A stretch of 63,550 bases of DNA, filler included, from Stramenopiles sp. TOSAG23-3 (GCA_900128585.1; 52 parts of 52 records of this genome joined end to end with filler, not necessarily neighbours in it); one strand, 5' to 3'. Positions 34,991-46,651 are shown, counted from the whole stretch's first letter. Program-made: numbers and translations. Notes: generated by a model not told the origin, from the sequence alone.

Positions 34991-35288
34991 GGCCCTAAAA
35001 AATACATGGGATTTGACAGGGTAAAATAGCATGGTAATAGTAAGGGTAATTTTCCATTTTTAACACCGCCTGTGTACCCGCTGGTGCAATTGTACATGAA
35101 ATAGTATGTACGCTATTTATATGTTAGTGTATATATATTCCATGGTTTTATTGTATAATATCCAATGGTCGTAGGTATGTTGTTACGACCATGGCTAAAT
35201 ATTTATATTTGGTCCCATTTATACACACGGGATAAAGATTGAAAATGTTACTATATATATTACAAAACATAAACAAATAAAGAAAAAT

Positions 35289-35574
35289 ATGTCTGCTTTA
35301 ACCGAAACTCATCCCAAACAAATGGAAAACAACAAACGCGAAGCGCCCACTGATTTAAGAAGTAATTTTATTAAGAAACAAAAAAATATGGCAAAAAAAT
35401 GGACATCGGTGGACGTCCCAAACGCGACTTCCTGCGCTTGCATTGCCCAATTTACATCGGCAGAAAGAATTGTGAGGGCTGCATGACTGAATGCCGTAAA
35501 TTTATTCGAAAGATATTTTTTGTTAATTGCAGAATATTGCAGAGAGAAAAAAATGCCGAGTTAAATGTTTTGCG
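35289..35574 (+). CDS. Orphan ORF, probably frameshifted in A-runs near 35380-35400
   Basis: Overlapping ORFs 35289..35486 and 35399..edge; the second has HCP...CEGC...C. Confidence 0.4.
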
Positions 35575-35674
35575 NNNNNNNNNNNNNNNNNNNNNNNNNN
35601 NNNNNNNNNNNNNNNNNNTTAATTAATTAANNNNNNNNNNNNNNNNNNNNNNNNNNNNNNNNNNNNNNNNNNNN

Positions 35675-36796
35675 AACGGTTGACCCGACCCCCGAATAGA
35701 CCCGCGGCAGCACACCAGTTTCCATAGTTGGACGCAACGTCGTGATCAAGAAGGTGCATTTCAAAGTAGTCCGCACCGTGCCTCCAATCCACGCGCTGTT
35801 CCAACGTCAAAAAGCTCGCCACATTTTGTCGACCACGATTGCTCATAAACCCGGTTGCATTCAGCTCCCGCATGTTTGCGTCAACAAGAGGCCACCCCGT
35901 CGTCCCGTTCTTCCACCGTTCCAGGGCACTTTTGCTCCCGGGCCATTCCCTTGAATAGTTCCGATCGGTTCGACCAAGGGGCCCTTCCACGAGAAAAATG
36001 TGGTTCCCTTGTTTCACGGCCTGGAACTGGAAAAAATCCCTCCATAACAACTCAAATACAAGCCAGTACGTTGACTTGTTTTTTACCCGTTCCCGTTCGT
36101 ACCTTTTGCATTCTGCATAAATGGTCCGCGGAGAGAGACATCCCACGGCGAGCCACGGAGAAAATTTGCTGGAGTATGAGGAGCCCAGCATCCCGTTTCT
36201 CGTCTCTTTGTATTTTGCAAGACAATCGTCTTTCCAAATCCAGTCCTTGAGGCGTTTCAAAGCAACGGATTCGCCTCCCTTGAACCTTCCTTCCTCCAAG
36301 TCGCTCATGACCCCCCCGTCTTCACCCTCGTCCAGCCCGCTGTCGTCGTGCCCCAGGTCGCCGAGTGTGGGAAGAAAAGCGAAGCCTTTGCTGCTCCGAT
36401 TTAACCACTCCTCTGGCCATGTCAACGCTGCAACATTTGGTGACATACTCCATGGCACTCGCACGGGCGTTTTTGCGTTTTCCACAACCTGCCTCCACGG
36501 CGTGAATTTCAGCGGCAGTCTTTCGATCGTTCCTTTCGCTGGCAAGTCGTCGGGGTGGTACATGGTTCTCTGCCATATTGTTTCCAGGGACCCGTTCAGC
36601 TTTGTTTCGAGAACTCTTCTTACTCTCGAGTCGACCCGGACTTCCTCACTGCAAGGCTCCTTAGAAGTGATAACAATCGTCTTGGAATCATCACTCGTAG
36701 GGTTGCATACGGCTTCCAAGGCCTTTTCAGGCGTTTCCAAAGAGACGTACAGGGGAAGCCCTTGCTTTCTCAAATTATTTCGCAAGTGCGTTTGCA
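35675..36796 (-). CDS. CRY-DASH: Cryptochrome DASH (photolyase family), internal fragment
   Basis: YKETRNGMLG..YSSKFSPWLAVGCLSPRTIY, STYWLVFELLWRDFF, PLVDANMREL.ATGFMSNRGRQNVASFL, SNYGNW. Confidence 0.96.
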
Positions 36797-36926
36797 NNNN
36801 NNNNNNNNNNNNNNNNNNNNNNNNNNNNNNNNNNNNNNNNTTAATTAATTAANNNNNNNNNNNNNNNNNNNNNNNNNNNNNNNNNNNNNNNNNNNNGAAG
36901 AAGATGAAGAAGGGACCCCCGCGCAG

Positions 36927-38017
36927 ATGGCTGCCAGGTCCACGGATGGGAACCCGAGCCCGAGCCAGCGCCCCAGAGGTCACGGGGGGTCAAGTTCAAC
37001 TCCTACGGCATCGCGAGCGCAAAGTCAAAGTGCAGACGACCCTTTGGATTATCTAGGTAATTTGTGCACTGAAGGCTACCTGTGGGAAAGCTCTACCTCG
37101 CTGCCGAGAGGAAATAGCTTGGAACCGGCCACAGAATTTAAAGTCCGACTCTTCTTAGTCTGTGAAGAAAGAAGAGGTGTGGCCGCATTCCCCGTCAGAC
37201 ATCTCCGAAACCTCCCCTTACTGGACTATTACGATGAACGCAACGACGAAAACACAAACGAGCTAGTTCTTTATTCAGACCAAGAAGACGATTATAAGAG
37301 AAAGACATATGGTAAAACTATTGATGAAGGTGTACTTGGATCCCTATGCGCATTATTTGATGGAGATGAAGAGACGCGTGAAGCTCTGCGCAATAGAAGG
37401 TTTGAATACCGCATCTGGAAGCATGATGATCGTGAATCAATATTTCGTCCAAAAGATAGAAGTGAACATCATGTAGTTTATCATGACAGGAAATATATTT
37501 GGGGCAAGAATGTGAACCAAATTCCCGGGGATTTAGGCATTGTTCCTTACTCTTCAGAACTCCAAAGACATGGAGGGTCTGGTTCGGTTGTAAGAACTGG
37601 TCCAGATTCAATTTCTACAATGATGGATGGTCCTTCGGACAGCTCGCCGTACGGCACACCTGATAGCGGGAGTCCGGGCGGCTTTGGCAGTAGTTCTGAC
37701 AGTTATTTTCCTGGCACAGATATTGATGCGTTTGTATCAGACCAAGCCAATCATGCCTACAACGTTCTCCCCAAACTATCCCCCGTCGAGAAATTCAAGT
37801 ACAAAGTATGCGACCCAATATTTCTTACCCGCCAAAAGCGAATTCTCCAGCTCGCGCAATTGCGGACCAAGGACAGCGAACTTGGCGACGCGTACGTGGG
37901 GTTGGGCGAGTCGAAAGATCTGAAGAGGAAAGGCCCCGAAATATTTTCGTACGGGCACTCTCTCCGGGACTCCAAGCACCAGAGCTCGCTGCTGATCCTT
38001 GCCGCAAAGCTTCACGA
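36927..38017 (+). CDS. Hypothetical protein, N-terminal part (possibly entering ankyrin repeats)
   Basis: Long open frame; ends SSLLILAAKLH; upstream DNA is in contig 55162-56275 (79-bp overlap). Confidence 0.7.
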
Positions 38018-38117
38018 NNNNNNNNNNNNNNNNNNNNNNNNNNNNNNNNNNNNNNNNNNNNTTAATTAATTAANNNNNNNNNNNNNNNNNNNNNNNNNNN
38101 NNNNNNNNNNNNNNNNN

Positions 38118-39100
38118 GTACCGTTGTCCTCATTGACCCATAGCTCATCCATCGCGGGCGAGACCAATTGGTGAGTCGGGGTTGGAACGGCATTCAATAA
38201 TTGCGGGGCCAAGCCTTGGTAAAAGCCAAAAATTCCACGTTCCAAGTACACAGTTTTTATTACTTCAAAAAAGCTGATTCGCTCCACGCTCGTACTGTTC
38301 GAATCGCTCCTACCCGTTTGACCTTCCCGACCAGCTCCCCTGGTCTTTTTGTTCAACATATGGGCGCCATGGACTTGCATTCGAACTTTGCATACAGTAT
38401 ATGGAAACGTTGTGACACTGGCCGTAGCTTTTGATACCAAACCGATCAAGAAATTACCAGTTGCGTGTGCAGAAAGGCTATCCATGTCCTCTAGATTCTT
38501 TCGAATAACCGTGGTTATCCCAGGATTCAACGTTAATGACAGTCCAGGGCCAAGACCGCTCCAAAGGGCAAAAATACCATTCCTGCGGACGATACCGGAT
38601 AATGTCTTGAAAAACGGCTGGCTAACTTTACTCTCACGGTCCGCTTGAGTACGAGTGACCACCATGTCGACAGGGAGCACGCACAATTGAACGCACGCGC
38701 CAGCAAGCATGCCGTGGAGCATAGGGAGCCCAAGGGAACGTTTTCTCTCCCGAACTTTCCCGTGTTTTTCCTGCAACAACGCCTTGGCTGTAAAATAGGG
38801 AGAGAAAAGGCCATAGAAGAAGTAGAAAACAAAATTTGTGACAAAACTTTTGAAAAGAGCAGGGCCAAACCCTGCATAAAGCTTTACCCACCCCTCTTCT
38901 CTACAAATCGATCGAATGCAGTGCACCATACCCTTGTATTCAGTTACTCCACTGCTCCCACCGTTTTCCTTTGCACTATGACGCCGTTGAGCCTGCAGTC
39001 GAGTTTTTACAACCGACAAAGGGTACGTCAACGCCAAGGCAACCATGGCCCCTACCGCCCCACTGGTAGCAGACTGCATTGCAGACGGCGGCCGTGGCAT
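38118..39100 (-). CDS. Mitochondrial-carrier family protein, peroxisomal PMP34/SLC25A17-like
   Basis: Three Px[D/E]xx[K/R]x[R/K]-type signatures (YPLSVVKTRLQ, LPVDMVVTRTQ, FPYTVCKVRMQ); NFVFYFFY; LTLNPGIT. Confidence 0.88.
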
Positions 39101-39338
39101 ATTGGGGCGACCAACAATACGCTTTCTAACAGACTTAACAGACTAAATGGCAGTCGTTATTTCCGTTTGCATCTCATTGATACGAACGCACTCGTAATTT
39201 TTAAAATCATATTAAATTTAAAAAGTGCTCATCATTTTNNNNNNNNNNNNNNNNNNNNNNNNNNNNNNNNNNNNNNNNNNNNTTAATTAATTAANNNNNN
39301 NNNNNNNNNNNNNNNNNNNNNNNNNNNNNNNNNNNNNN

Positions 39339-40459
39339 ATAAAAACCCTTGCTGCCACAAATCCATACAAAGCGATTCGGTACCTCCGAATAGAGCACAG
39401 CAAGCAACATATCCACGTCCAAGAGATCGAAGTGTATGATCAAAATGGGGAAAAGGTGACGATAGCCAACACTGCTGTAAGCTCGAGTTCCACCATAAAT
39501 CGCGGAGACAATTGCCTTATAGTAGACGGGAACATTGCGGAGGACAAACCTTGGCCGAACTCTTGTCACACCGGCAATGGAGAACACGAGTGGGTCGAGA
39601 TAGATCTAGGAAGTGAACTGTCCGTTTCGAGGATCATCATTTACAACCGACCAGATTCTGGGCAAGATCGTTTAATAAATGCAACCCTCAATTGCTTGGA
39701 CAGTGCGAAAAAGTGTGCTGCATCAAAACTGGCGCTCACGAGTGAACGAAAACAATGCTTTGGTGGCATGGTGACGAGGGGTGGTTTGAATCTGCTCCAT
39801 GTCGTAGCCGCGTGTAAATTTGAATTATTGCAAAAAACTGAAATAGTCGAAGCCCTCAAAAGCTCACTGTTCGGCAAGGCGGCGATGGTCCAATGCGACA
39901 ACGATATGCATTGCACCCCGTTGATGTACGCGCTTGAAAAATCGAATGACAGAGAATTTATTTTGTCATTTGTTTCCGAAAAATCTATTCGTATTCCTGC
40001 TATAGAAGACTGCTATATGACTGCTCTTCATTATGCCGCAAAATATAACCCTGAACCTGAAATTGTGAAAAAGTTGATAGAAATGGAGAAACACGAACAT
40101 AAAAAGGACGTAAACAATTCACGGCGAAAGGACATCAACAAGAAACTTCCTATGCACTATGCTTGCGAGTCCGAAACATGCCCTCTTGATTCAATCAAAC
40201 TTCTTTTTGACAGATATAATGAAACGGGATTAAAAAACGACTCCAAAAATGGCGGTCTTGATAAATTTTGTTCCGTTGCGAGAGACGATAAAGGATTTAT
40301 TAATGCCCTTCCAATACATCTAGCCGTGATGACAGATGCGCGAGAAGAGGACAACTATTCAAATATCATCGGGTATTTGTATGAGAAATATAAGAAAAGT
40401 ATTGAAAAGAAAAGTCTTGAAAAGACCCCACTCAGTCTTATTTTAGACAAGCCAAAGCG
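39339..40459 (+). CDS. F-type (fucolectin) lectin domain fused to ankyrin repeats, internal fragment
   Basis: H-x26-R-x-D-x4-R motif; TPLMYAL, TALHYAA, LPMHYAC, LPIHLAV. Confidence 0.85.
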
Positions 40460-41097
40460 NNNNNNNNNNNNNNNNNNNNNNNNNNNNNNNNNNNNNNNNN
40501 NNNTTAATTAATTAANNNNNNNNNNNNNNNNNNNNNNNNNNNNNNNNNNNNNNNNNNNNAAGAAGAAGAAGAAGAAGAAAGAAGGAGAAGAAAGAAGAAG
40601 ACGTAGAAGAAGAAAGAGCTATTTACATATGGCCCGCTTTTTGAGGCCACTTTTTTCTCCTTCAAAATTTTATATTTTCCCCTTAAAAATTACAAAAATT
40701 CAGTACCTTCACTATATCAAATTCTCCTTCCTTAAACTATTTTAGAGCTGTTTATATATTTCTTTAATAAATAATATAATGTACGACAGTACAAACAGTA
40801 TATTATTTTTGGTCTATTATTAATAATGTAATAATAATTATAATTATTCCCTTCTATTACACACGAGATACTATAATATCTGTACGCATCCCCCCACCAA
40901 AAAAAAAAAATGGGGGGCAAAAAAACTTTCCTCATTTTTTCTTATGACAAACTGGCAGTTTTTTTGATATTCAATTCTTCAAAAACATGCTCTTCTACAA
41001 AATAACTCATCTCCCACCTTTTACATTTAAACAATAAATTATTTTTCTTATCATTTNNNNNNNNNNNNNNNNNNNNNNNNNNNNNNNNNNNNNNNNN

Positions 41098-41679
41098 AGG
41101 TTGACCGCATAAGTCACCTTTACCTGAACGACGCACCAGTTTGGTGCGCGGAAAGCCAAGCATACAAGTACCAATTGGGCAGAGGAAAACGCAAAATTGC
41201 GCAAGAAAAAGTTTGAGTTCTCAAAGATCGGAGAATTCGACATGGGACTGGGATTGCAGTTTGACACCACAGAGGACTCCGTGTTTATTTCACAGCCAAG
41301 CTCAGTGGAGTTCATAAAAAATGAGTTCCAGGTGAGCGACATCACAAAGCCGGCGCCCATTACGAAGTGGTACGAAAAACGACGGGAAGACGAACCCAAG
41401 TTTACTGCAACGGAAGTTACGCAGTACCTGTCACTACTTGGGTCGTTGAGCCACCTTGGCAGAATGACACGACCCGACATAATCCTTGCGGTTTTTCATC
41501 TGGCATCGTTCTGCGCAGATCCGTGCGAACGACATTATGATGCTCTGAAGCACATCGTTCAGTACCTAGTAGGAACGAAGGACAAGGGAATATACTTATT
41601 GTGCGAGGCGGAGTACTGCACGTTCACCGACTGTGCCAAGGATATTTTATGGGCGAAGGGACTAGCGAAATTTTTCAAA
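41098..41679 (+). mobile_element. Ty1/copia LTR-retrotransposon RT/RNase H fragment, internally deleted
   Basis: LGLQF...ISQ, YLSLLGSL..L...TRPDI..AV..LA.F...P...H..ALKHIVQYL.GT, EAEY. Confidence 0.92.
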
Positions 41680-41787
41680 NNNNNNNNNNNNNNNNNNNNN
41701 NNNNNNNNNNNNNNNNNNNNNNNTTAATTAATTAANNNNNNNNNNNNNNNNNNNNNNNNNNNNNNNNNNNNNNNNNNNNGTGAGGTC

Positions 41788-42510
41788 TTGAAGACTCCGG
41801 CCGCAAAGTGTCCTACATGCAACGGGCAGGGCGTCGTCAAGAAGGAGAAAACGTTGCGCATCAGGTATCCTCCGGGAATGCGAAATGGTTGGCGCAAACT
41901 GTTCCCTGGGGAAGGGTTTGAGTCCAGGTACGGAGCTGCCGGGGATGTTGAAGTTGTAATTAAGCACGAAAAGCATGTGTTGTTTGAAAGATATGGCGCG
42001 GACTTAATCACGACTGTGGGGATTTCATTGTCAGAAGCTCTGCTAGGGTTCAACCGGTCTCTTGCTTTGCCAGACAACAGTACTGTGTCAATTTCTAAGG
42101 TCGGAATCACCAGGCCAGGATCTCAAATCATCAAGCCAAACATGGGGCTGCCGGTGGAAGTTGACCCGGCAAGAAGGAGTGGGCGATCGCGTCAGTCACG
42201 GCCTGACCGTCAGATCGAGATGGGCGCAAACGGGAAGCCACAGGGCAACGAAGGCATGGGCGAACTCGCAAGGGGGGATTTAATTGTCCGTTTGTCGATA
42301 GACTTTTCCAATTTGGGGAGTCTGAGAAACCGTAGCAACGAAAGAATCAGAAGGGCATTCGGCTATAAGTATGAGAAAAATAGGTCAAAAGGTGACAACC
42401 AAACACCGAAAAATAAAAGTCGTGCTTACAGGAACCACTCTTTCGACTTTCGGAATGTGTTTAGTTATGCTATTCCCGTGAGGGGTAGGCACAATAGCAC
42501 GGCTGATTAG
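41788..42510 (+). CDS. Class A DnaJ/Hsp40 C-terminal region
   Basis: CPTCNGQG zinc-finger end; PPGMRNG...GEG...GDV; HVLFERYGADL...ISLSEALLGF; RGDLIV. Confidence 0.9.
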   Translation: MKTPAAKCPTCNGQGVVKKEKTLRIRYPPGMRNGWRKLFPGEGFESRYGAAGDVEVVIKHEKHVLFERYGADLITTVGISLSEALLGFNRSLALPDNSTVSISKVGITRPGSQIIKPNMGLPVEVDPARRSGRSRQSRPDRQIEMGANGKPQGNEGMGELARGDLIVRLSIDFSNLGSLRNRSNERIRRAFGYKYEKNRSKGDNQTPKNKSRAYRNHSFDFRNVFSYAIPVRGRHNSTAD

Positions 42511-42528
42511 AAGTCGTGAACTGACGCG

Positions 42529-42587
42529 TTGTATATCATTTTTAAAAACAAGAAAATTGGCTGTTGTTTAAATTGTATATCATTTTT
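42529..42587. mobile_element. 29-bp dispersed element flanked by 15-bp direct repeats (TSD-like)
   Basis: TTGTATATCATTTTT-[AAAAACAAGAAAATTGGCTGTTGTTTAAA]-TTGTATATCATTTTT. Confidence 0.65.
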
Positions 42588-43000
42588 TTTTTTAATTAAA
42601 AGCTCTTATTTTGCGACCCGACTACTTGGTCGTCGTCTCCGCCCGATTAGACTTCTTCGCCTTCGTGGTGATCTATTTCCCTCGTGAAAATTCTCTCCCA
42701 CCGTTGTTACATTTGATGTAAAATTGTCGTGCGATATCACGTACGCGGAATGAGAAGCACTGCATTCTACTCTGAAAAACATTGGATTCTTTTTTATTAC
42801 CAGGATGAGCCATGCCATGAACGTTTCAACCCGCATCGCTTTGTCGCATGGCAAGTTTGCCTTTCGAAGGGCCGATGCAAGAGAGCGTTGGGAGTACANN
42901 NNNNNNNNNNNNNNNNNNNNNNNNNNNNNNNNNNNNNNNNNNTTAATTAATTAANNNNNNNNNNNNNNNNNNNNNNNNNNNNNNNNNNNNNNNNNNNNTC

Positions 43001-43633
43001 CGCTGCCCGAACAGCGTCAAAGTCTCGTTCCGCCACGTCGGAACCCTCTTTGCGCTGGACGGCAACCGGGACGGGACGGTGTCGAAGGAAGAGTTGCTGC
43101 AGTTTGTGCATATCTATTACCGGAACTACCGGGAACTGTCCGAGGGCTACTGGCAAGACATGTGCGTGCAGATGGAAGGGTACTACACGTACGAGCTGTT
43201 ACGATTTTTGAAAACGGGCGGTGGTGAGAGAAAAACGGTCGAAGCGCCCGTAGCGGAGGAGGGGGCGCCTGGGGACGTGGCAAAAGTGGTAGAGACCGCC
43301 GGCGTCCCAAAGTTTGTGGAGTGGGTGATTGCGCTGCTGAAGCCCGTGGTCCCCGAAGGATTTCAGACGTTTCCGTCCCAGCCGGGCGTCGAATTCCTCC
43401 ACAGCGATGCCCTGCACGCCCTGTACAGCCTCCTCGATTTGCGGACATCGTACAACATAGACTTTCAAGGGTTTTTGGACCTGGTCCAAAGGGCAGGGGA
43501 AGACGAGGGGGTGATGAACTTGGACAATGCAGAATTCGACGACGTCGCTCCGTTAAACGTAGTCAAACACTTTGTCCGAGACTTTGCCACTAGCATGTTG
43601 CGAATGACAGACGAACTCTCACTCGTCGAGTAA
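43001..43633 (+). CDS. EF-hand protein, C-terminal fragment
   Basis: LFALDGNRDGTVSKEELLQF in frame upstream of the listed start. Confidence 0.75.
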   Translation, partial: RCPNSVKVSFRHVGTLFALDGNRDGTVSKEELLQFVHIYYRNYRELSEGYWQDMCVQMEGYYTYELLRFLKTGGGERKTVEAPVAEEGAPGDVAKVVETAGVPKFVEWVIALLKPVVPEGFQTFPSQPGVEFLHSDALHALYSLLDLRTSYNIDFQGFLDLVQRAGEDEGVMNLDNAEFDDVAPLNVVKHFVRDFATSMLRMTDELSLVE

Positions 43634-43929
43634 GAAATTGGTATTAATATATTCTAACTAGTCGTCTAATAATCAATCAAAAAAAAAAGAAACAGCACTA
43701 CTTACTATACAGCATCAGTAAAAATAAATAAAAAAGAAAGAAGAAGAAGGAATGAAGAGATAGAGAAGAGGTAGGAAGGAAGAAAAGAAAGAAGAAGAAA
43801 GAGTTTAGTAAAATTAAAAAAGAGAGAAGAAGAAGAAGAAAAGGGTAATAATAGGATTATTATATTTATATTTAAACATATTATTATATATATACATAGG
43901 AATAGAATAGAAAGAGATCAACAAACTAA

Positions 43930-44116
43930 AAGAAGAAAGAAGAGAAAAAAAGAAGAGAAGAGAAAAGAAGAGAAGAGAAGAAAGAAGAGAAGAGAAGAGA
44001 AAAGAAAGAAGAGAAAAGAAAAGAAAGAAGAAAAGAAAAGAAAAGAAAAGAAAGAAGAGAAGAGAAGAGAAGAGAAGAAGAAAAAAGAAAGAAGAGAAAA
44101 GAAAGAAAAGAAAAGA
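43930..44116 (+). repeat. Purine microsatellite (GAAGA/GAAAA)n
   Basis: Direct reading. Confidence 0.95.
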
Positions 44117-44216
44117 NNNNNNNNNNNNNNNNNNNNNNNNNNNNNNNNNNNNNNNNNNNNTTAATTAATTAANNNNNNNNNNNNNNNNNNNNNNNNNNNN
44201 NNNNNNNNNNNNNNNN

Positions 44217-44694
44217 TTTCGTACCCAGAGACTTCCACGTCTATGGGTCCCCACACCTGCACATCAGACAGCGGGGTATTTTCCCGAAGTTTCCAGCGCT
44301 CAACTTCTCGCCTGGATTGCCTGCTGTCTATACCCCTGCGGATTCCGCCACGATGTACTGTTTTACGACCGTCCGGGGCGTTTGGGTCGTGGGAGAAGCG
44401 GCACGAGTCCCCACGGTCGCACCGGCCTTTCTGGAACGCGTAGCAAGCGCCACGGCCGCCACCACCCCCGCCCCCGTCGCGCTCGGCCCTGTCCCGTTTT
44501 GCGTTGGCTTTGCACGTTTTACACCGAGATGGTTTGTTTTGAAACCCTTTCGACTTGAAAAATTCTTGCTCTCCAACACTAAACAAGAACGCCTGGCCAC
44601 AATCCCTGCATGTCAACGTTTCACCTTCAGTATCTTTACGGGACACTTCCCCCGGGGCCGCCAACGGTACAGCTGCTGCACCCACGATCTCCAT
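44217..44694 (-). CDS. zf-trcl zinc ribbon plus CCCH zinc-finger protein, N-terminal part
   Basis: LTCRDCGQAFLFSVGEQEFFKSKGFQNKPSRCKTCK; CYAFQKGRCDRGDSCRFSH. Confidence 0.88.
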
Positions 44695-45434
44695 TCTAGG
44701 TCTGTATTGGACGAAGAAAAACTACAGAACGCACGACACCAATTCAGTACTGCATAAATGAAGGGAATATAAATGAAGGGAATATAAATGAAGCTAGTAT
44801 CAATGTACATAAATGTAAATGTATATATATATATACGGTGTCAAGTAGTTTCGGTCAGACAGACGCCACCCACCCACCTACCAACCACCGAACCATTTGT
44901 TGCTTTTTTTTTTTTTGCGTTGTGTTGTTGTTTGTTGTTGTTGCTCTTCTTCTTCTTCCTTACTTAGGGTTAGTAATAGTGTTACAATCAGGGCACACAA
45001 TTATGATAGGGTTATATGTAGGGTATTAATATGAACCCTAAATATAACACTACACATGGGAATTCATCCGTTTCCACTCCAAAAAAAGAAAAAGAAGAAA
45101 AAAAATCTCCTCCGTATTCTCTCCTCCGTTCGGAATTTCTTCGCATGGATTGCTTTGATGATAACGCACTTGCTCGGGGTGGAAAGATCGTTCAACCGGC
45201 TCTTCCCTAGAATATCGTACAGCTGTACCCTGCCCCCCGGGTCACGGCGCAAACGGTGGAACAGCAAAGCAGCAAGCATTCGCTTCTGTGCACTCGCCGA
45301 GCGCTTCTCTTCTTCGTCTCTGAACAGAGCGTCTNNNNNNNNNNNNNNNNNNNNNNNNNNNNNNNNNNNNNNNNNNNNTTAATTAATTAANNNNNNNNNN
45401 NNNNNNNNNNNNNNNNNNNNNNNNNNNNNNNNNN

Positions 45435-46551
45435 CAAAGACAGCCAGTCTTACGAGAGCGAAATTAGAAGAAAGAACACCCTTATTGAAAGCTTGACCAA
45501 ACAGTTCGAGTCCTTGGAAGCACAATACACGGAGGCCATGACAGAATTAGAGAGCAGGAGAGTTACCATTTGGAACCAGTTGGCGACCCTCCTGGCAAAC
45601 ACGGGGCGCCGAAGCCGGGTTCGGGAAGAGGCGGAAACACGGCAGCGAATCCTCGAGGCGGCAGAGAGCGCCATGGCAAAAGCAGAGGGGGGAACAGCAA
45701 CAAACGAACTCCTTACCGAGAGCTTCAAGATCAAAGAAGACATGTTTTTTGAAGGAGATCAAGGACTTGAAAGACTCCGTCGAGGCATTGGGCGCACAAG
45801 TGCACCAGTACGAGGACGCCGGGAGCGTGGGCCGCGCGCGGAACACGGCAATACCCGCGACGGGCGATGGGCCGGGGAGCCCCGCCCCGGACGGGCGCGT
45901 TGAGGAATTGACCAGCGCGTTCAAGTCCAAGGAAGAACTGTACAAGAAAGAGATCAAAGACCTGTGCAGTACCATCGAAACCCTTACCTCTGAGCGCCAC
46001 AAGACGCAGCAAGAGCAGATCCTGGCCGCCGTGAACGACGATCATAAAGGGGAAGTTTCGCCCAGTAAAGGGTTGGTAGAATCGTTCAAAGCAAAAGAGG
46101 AAATTTACGTCGCAGAGATTCAACAGCTTAAAATTTGGAACACGACCCTGGAAACGCTGAATGCCGACCTCAAGGCTGCCTCCCAGACGGACCACCGGCC
46201 GAAACGAGCCGCTACGCGGGATGTCCACCACGGCAGCACCCCCCCGAACCGCTCGCCCAGCAACGAGGAGGAGCGAACGGTCCTACCGGAAGAAACGGAA
46301 GCAAAGTACAAGGAAGAAATCCGACAGCTCAAAGCCACGATTAAATCTCTTGAACTAGGAAAAGAGACCCATTGGGCACAGATGCACGCAGAGAACGAAG
46401 CGTTAGAACACGAATTGAATGTTGCAAAGGAAGAGTTGGAAAACGTACAGCTTCAATTGACGGAACTGAAGTACGACCGTGATGATCTTGGCGACGAAGA
46501 AGCGTACTTTGAACGTGGCGTGAAAGACCACGGTAAGAATGAGGGAAACAT
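45435..46551 (+). CDS. Coiled-coil repeat protein with a one-base frameshift in a T run at ~45745-45750
   Basis: The repeat FKxKEExYxxEIxxL is restored (FKIKEDMFLKEIKDL) if one T is removed. Confidence 0.75.
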
Positions 46552-46651
46552 NNNNNNNNNNNNNNNNNNNNNNNNNNNNNNNNNNNNNNNNNNNNTTAAT
46601 TAATTAANNNNNNNNNNNNNNNNNNNNNNNNNNNNNNNNNNNNNNNNNNNN

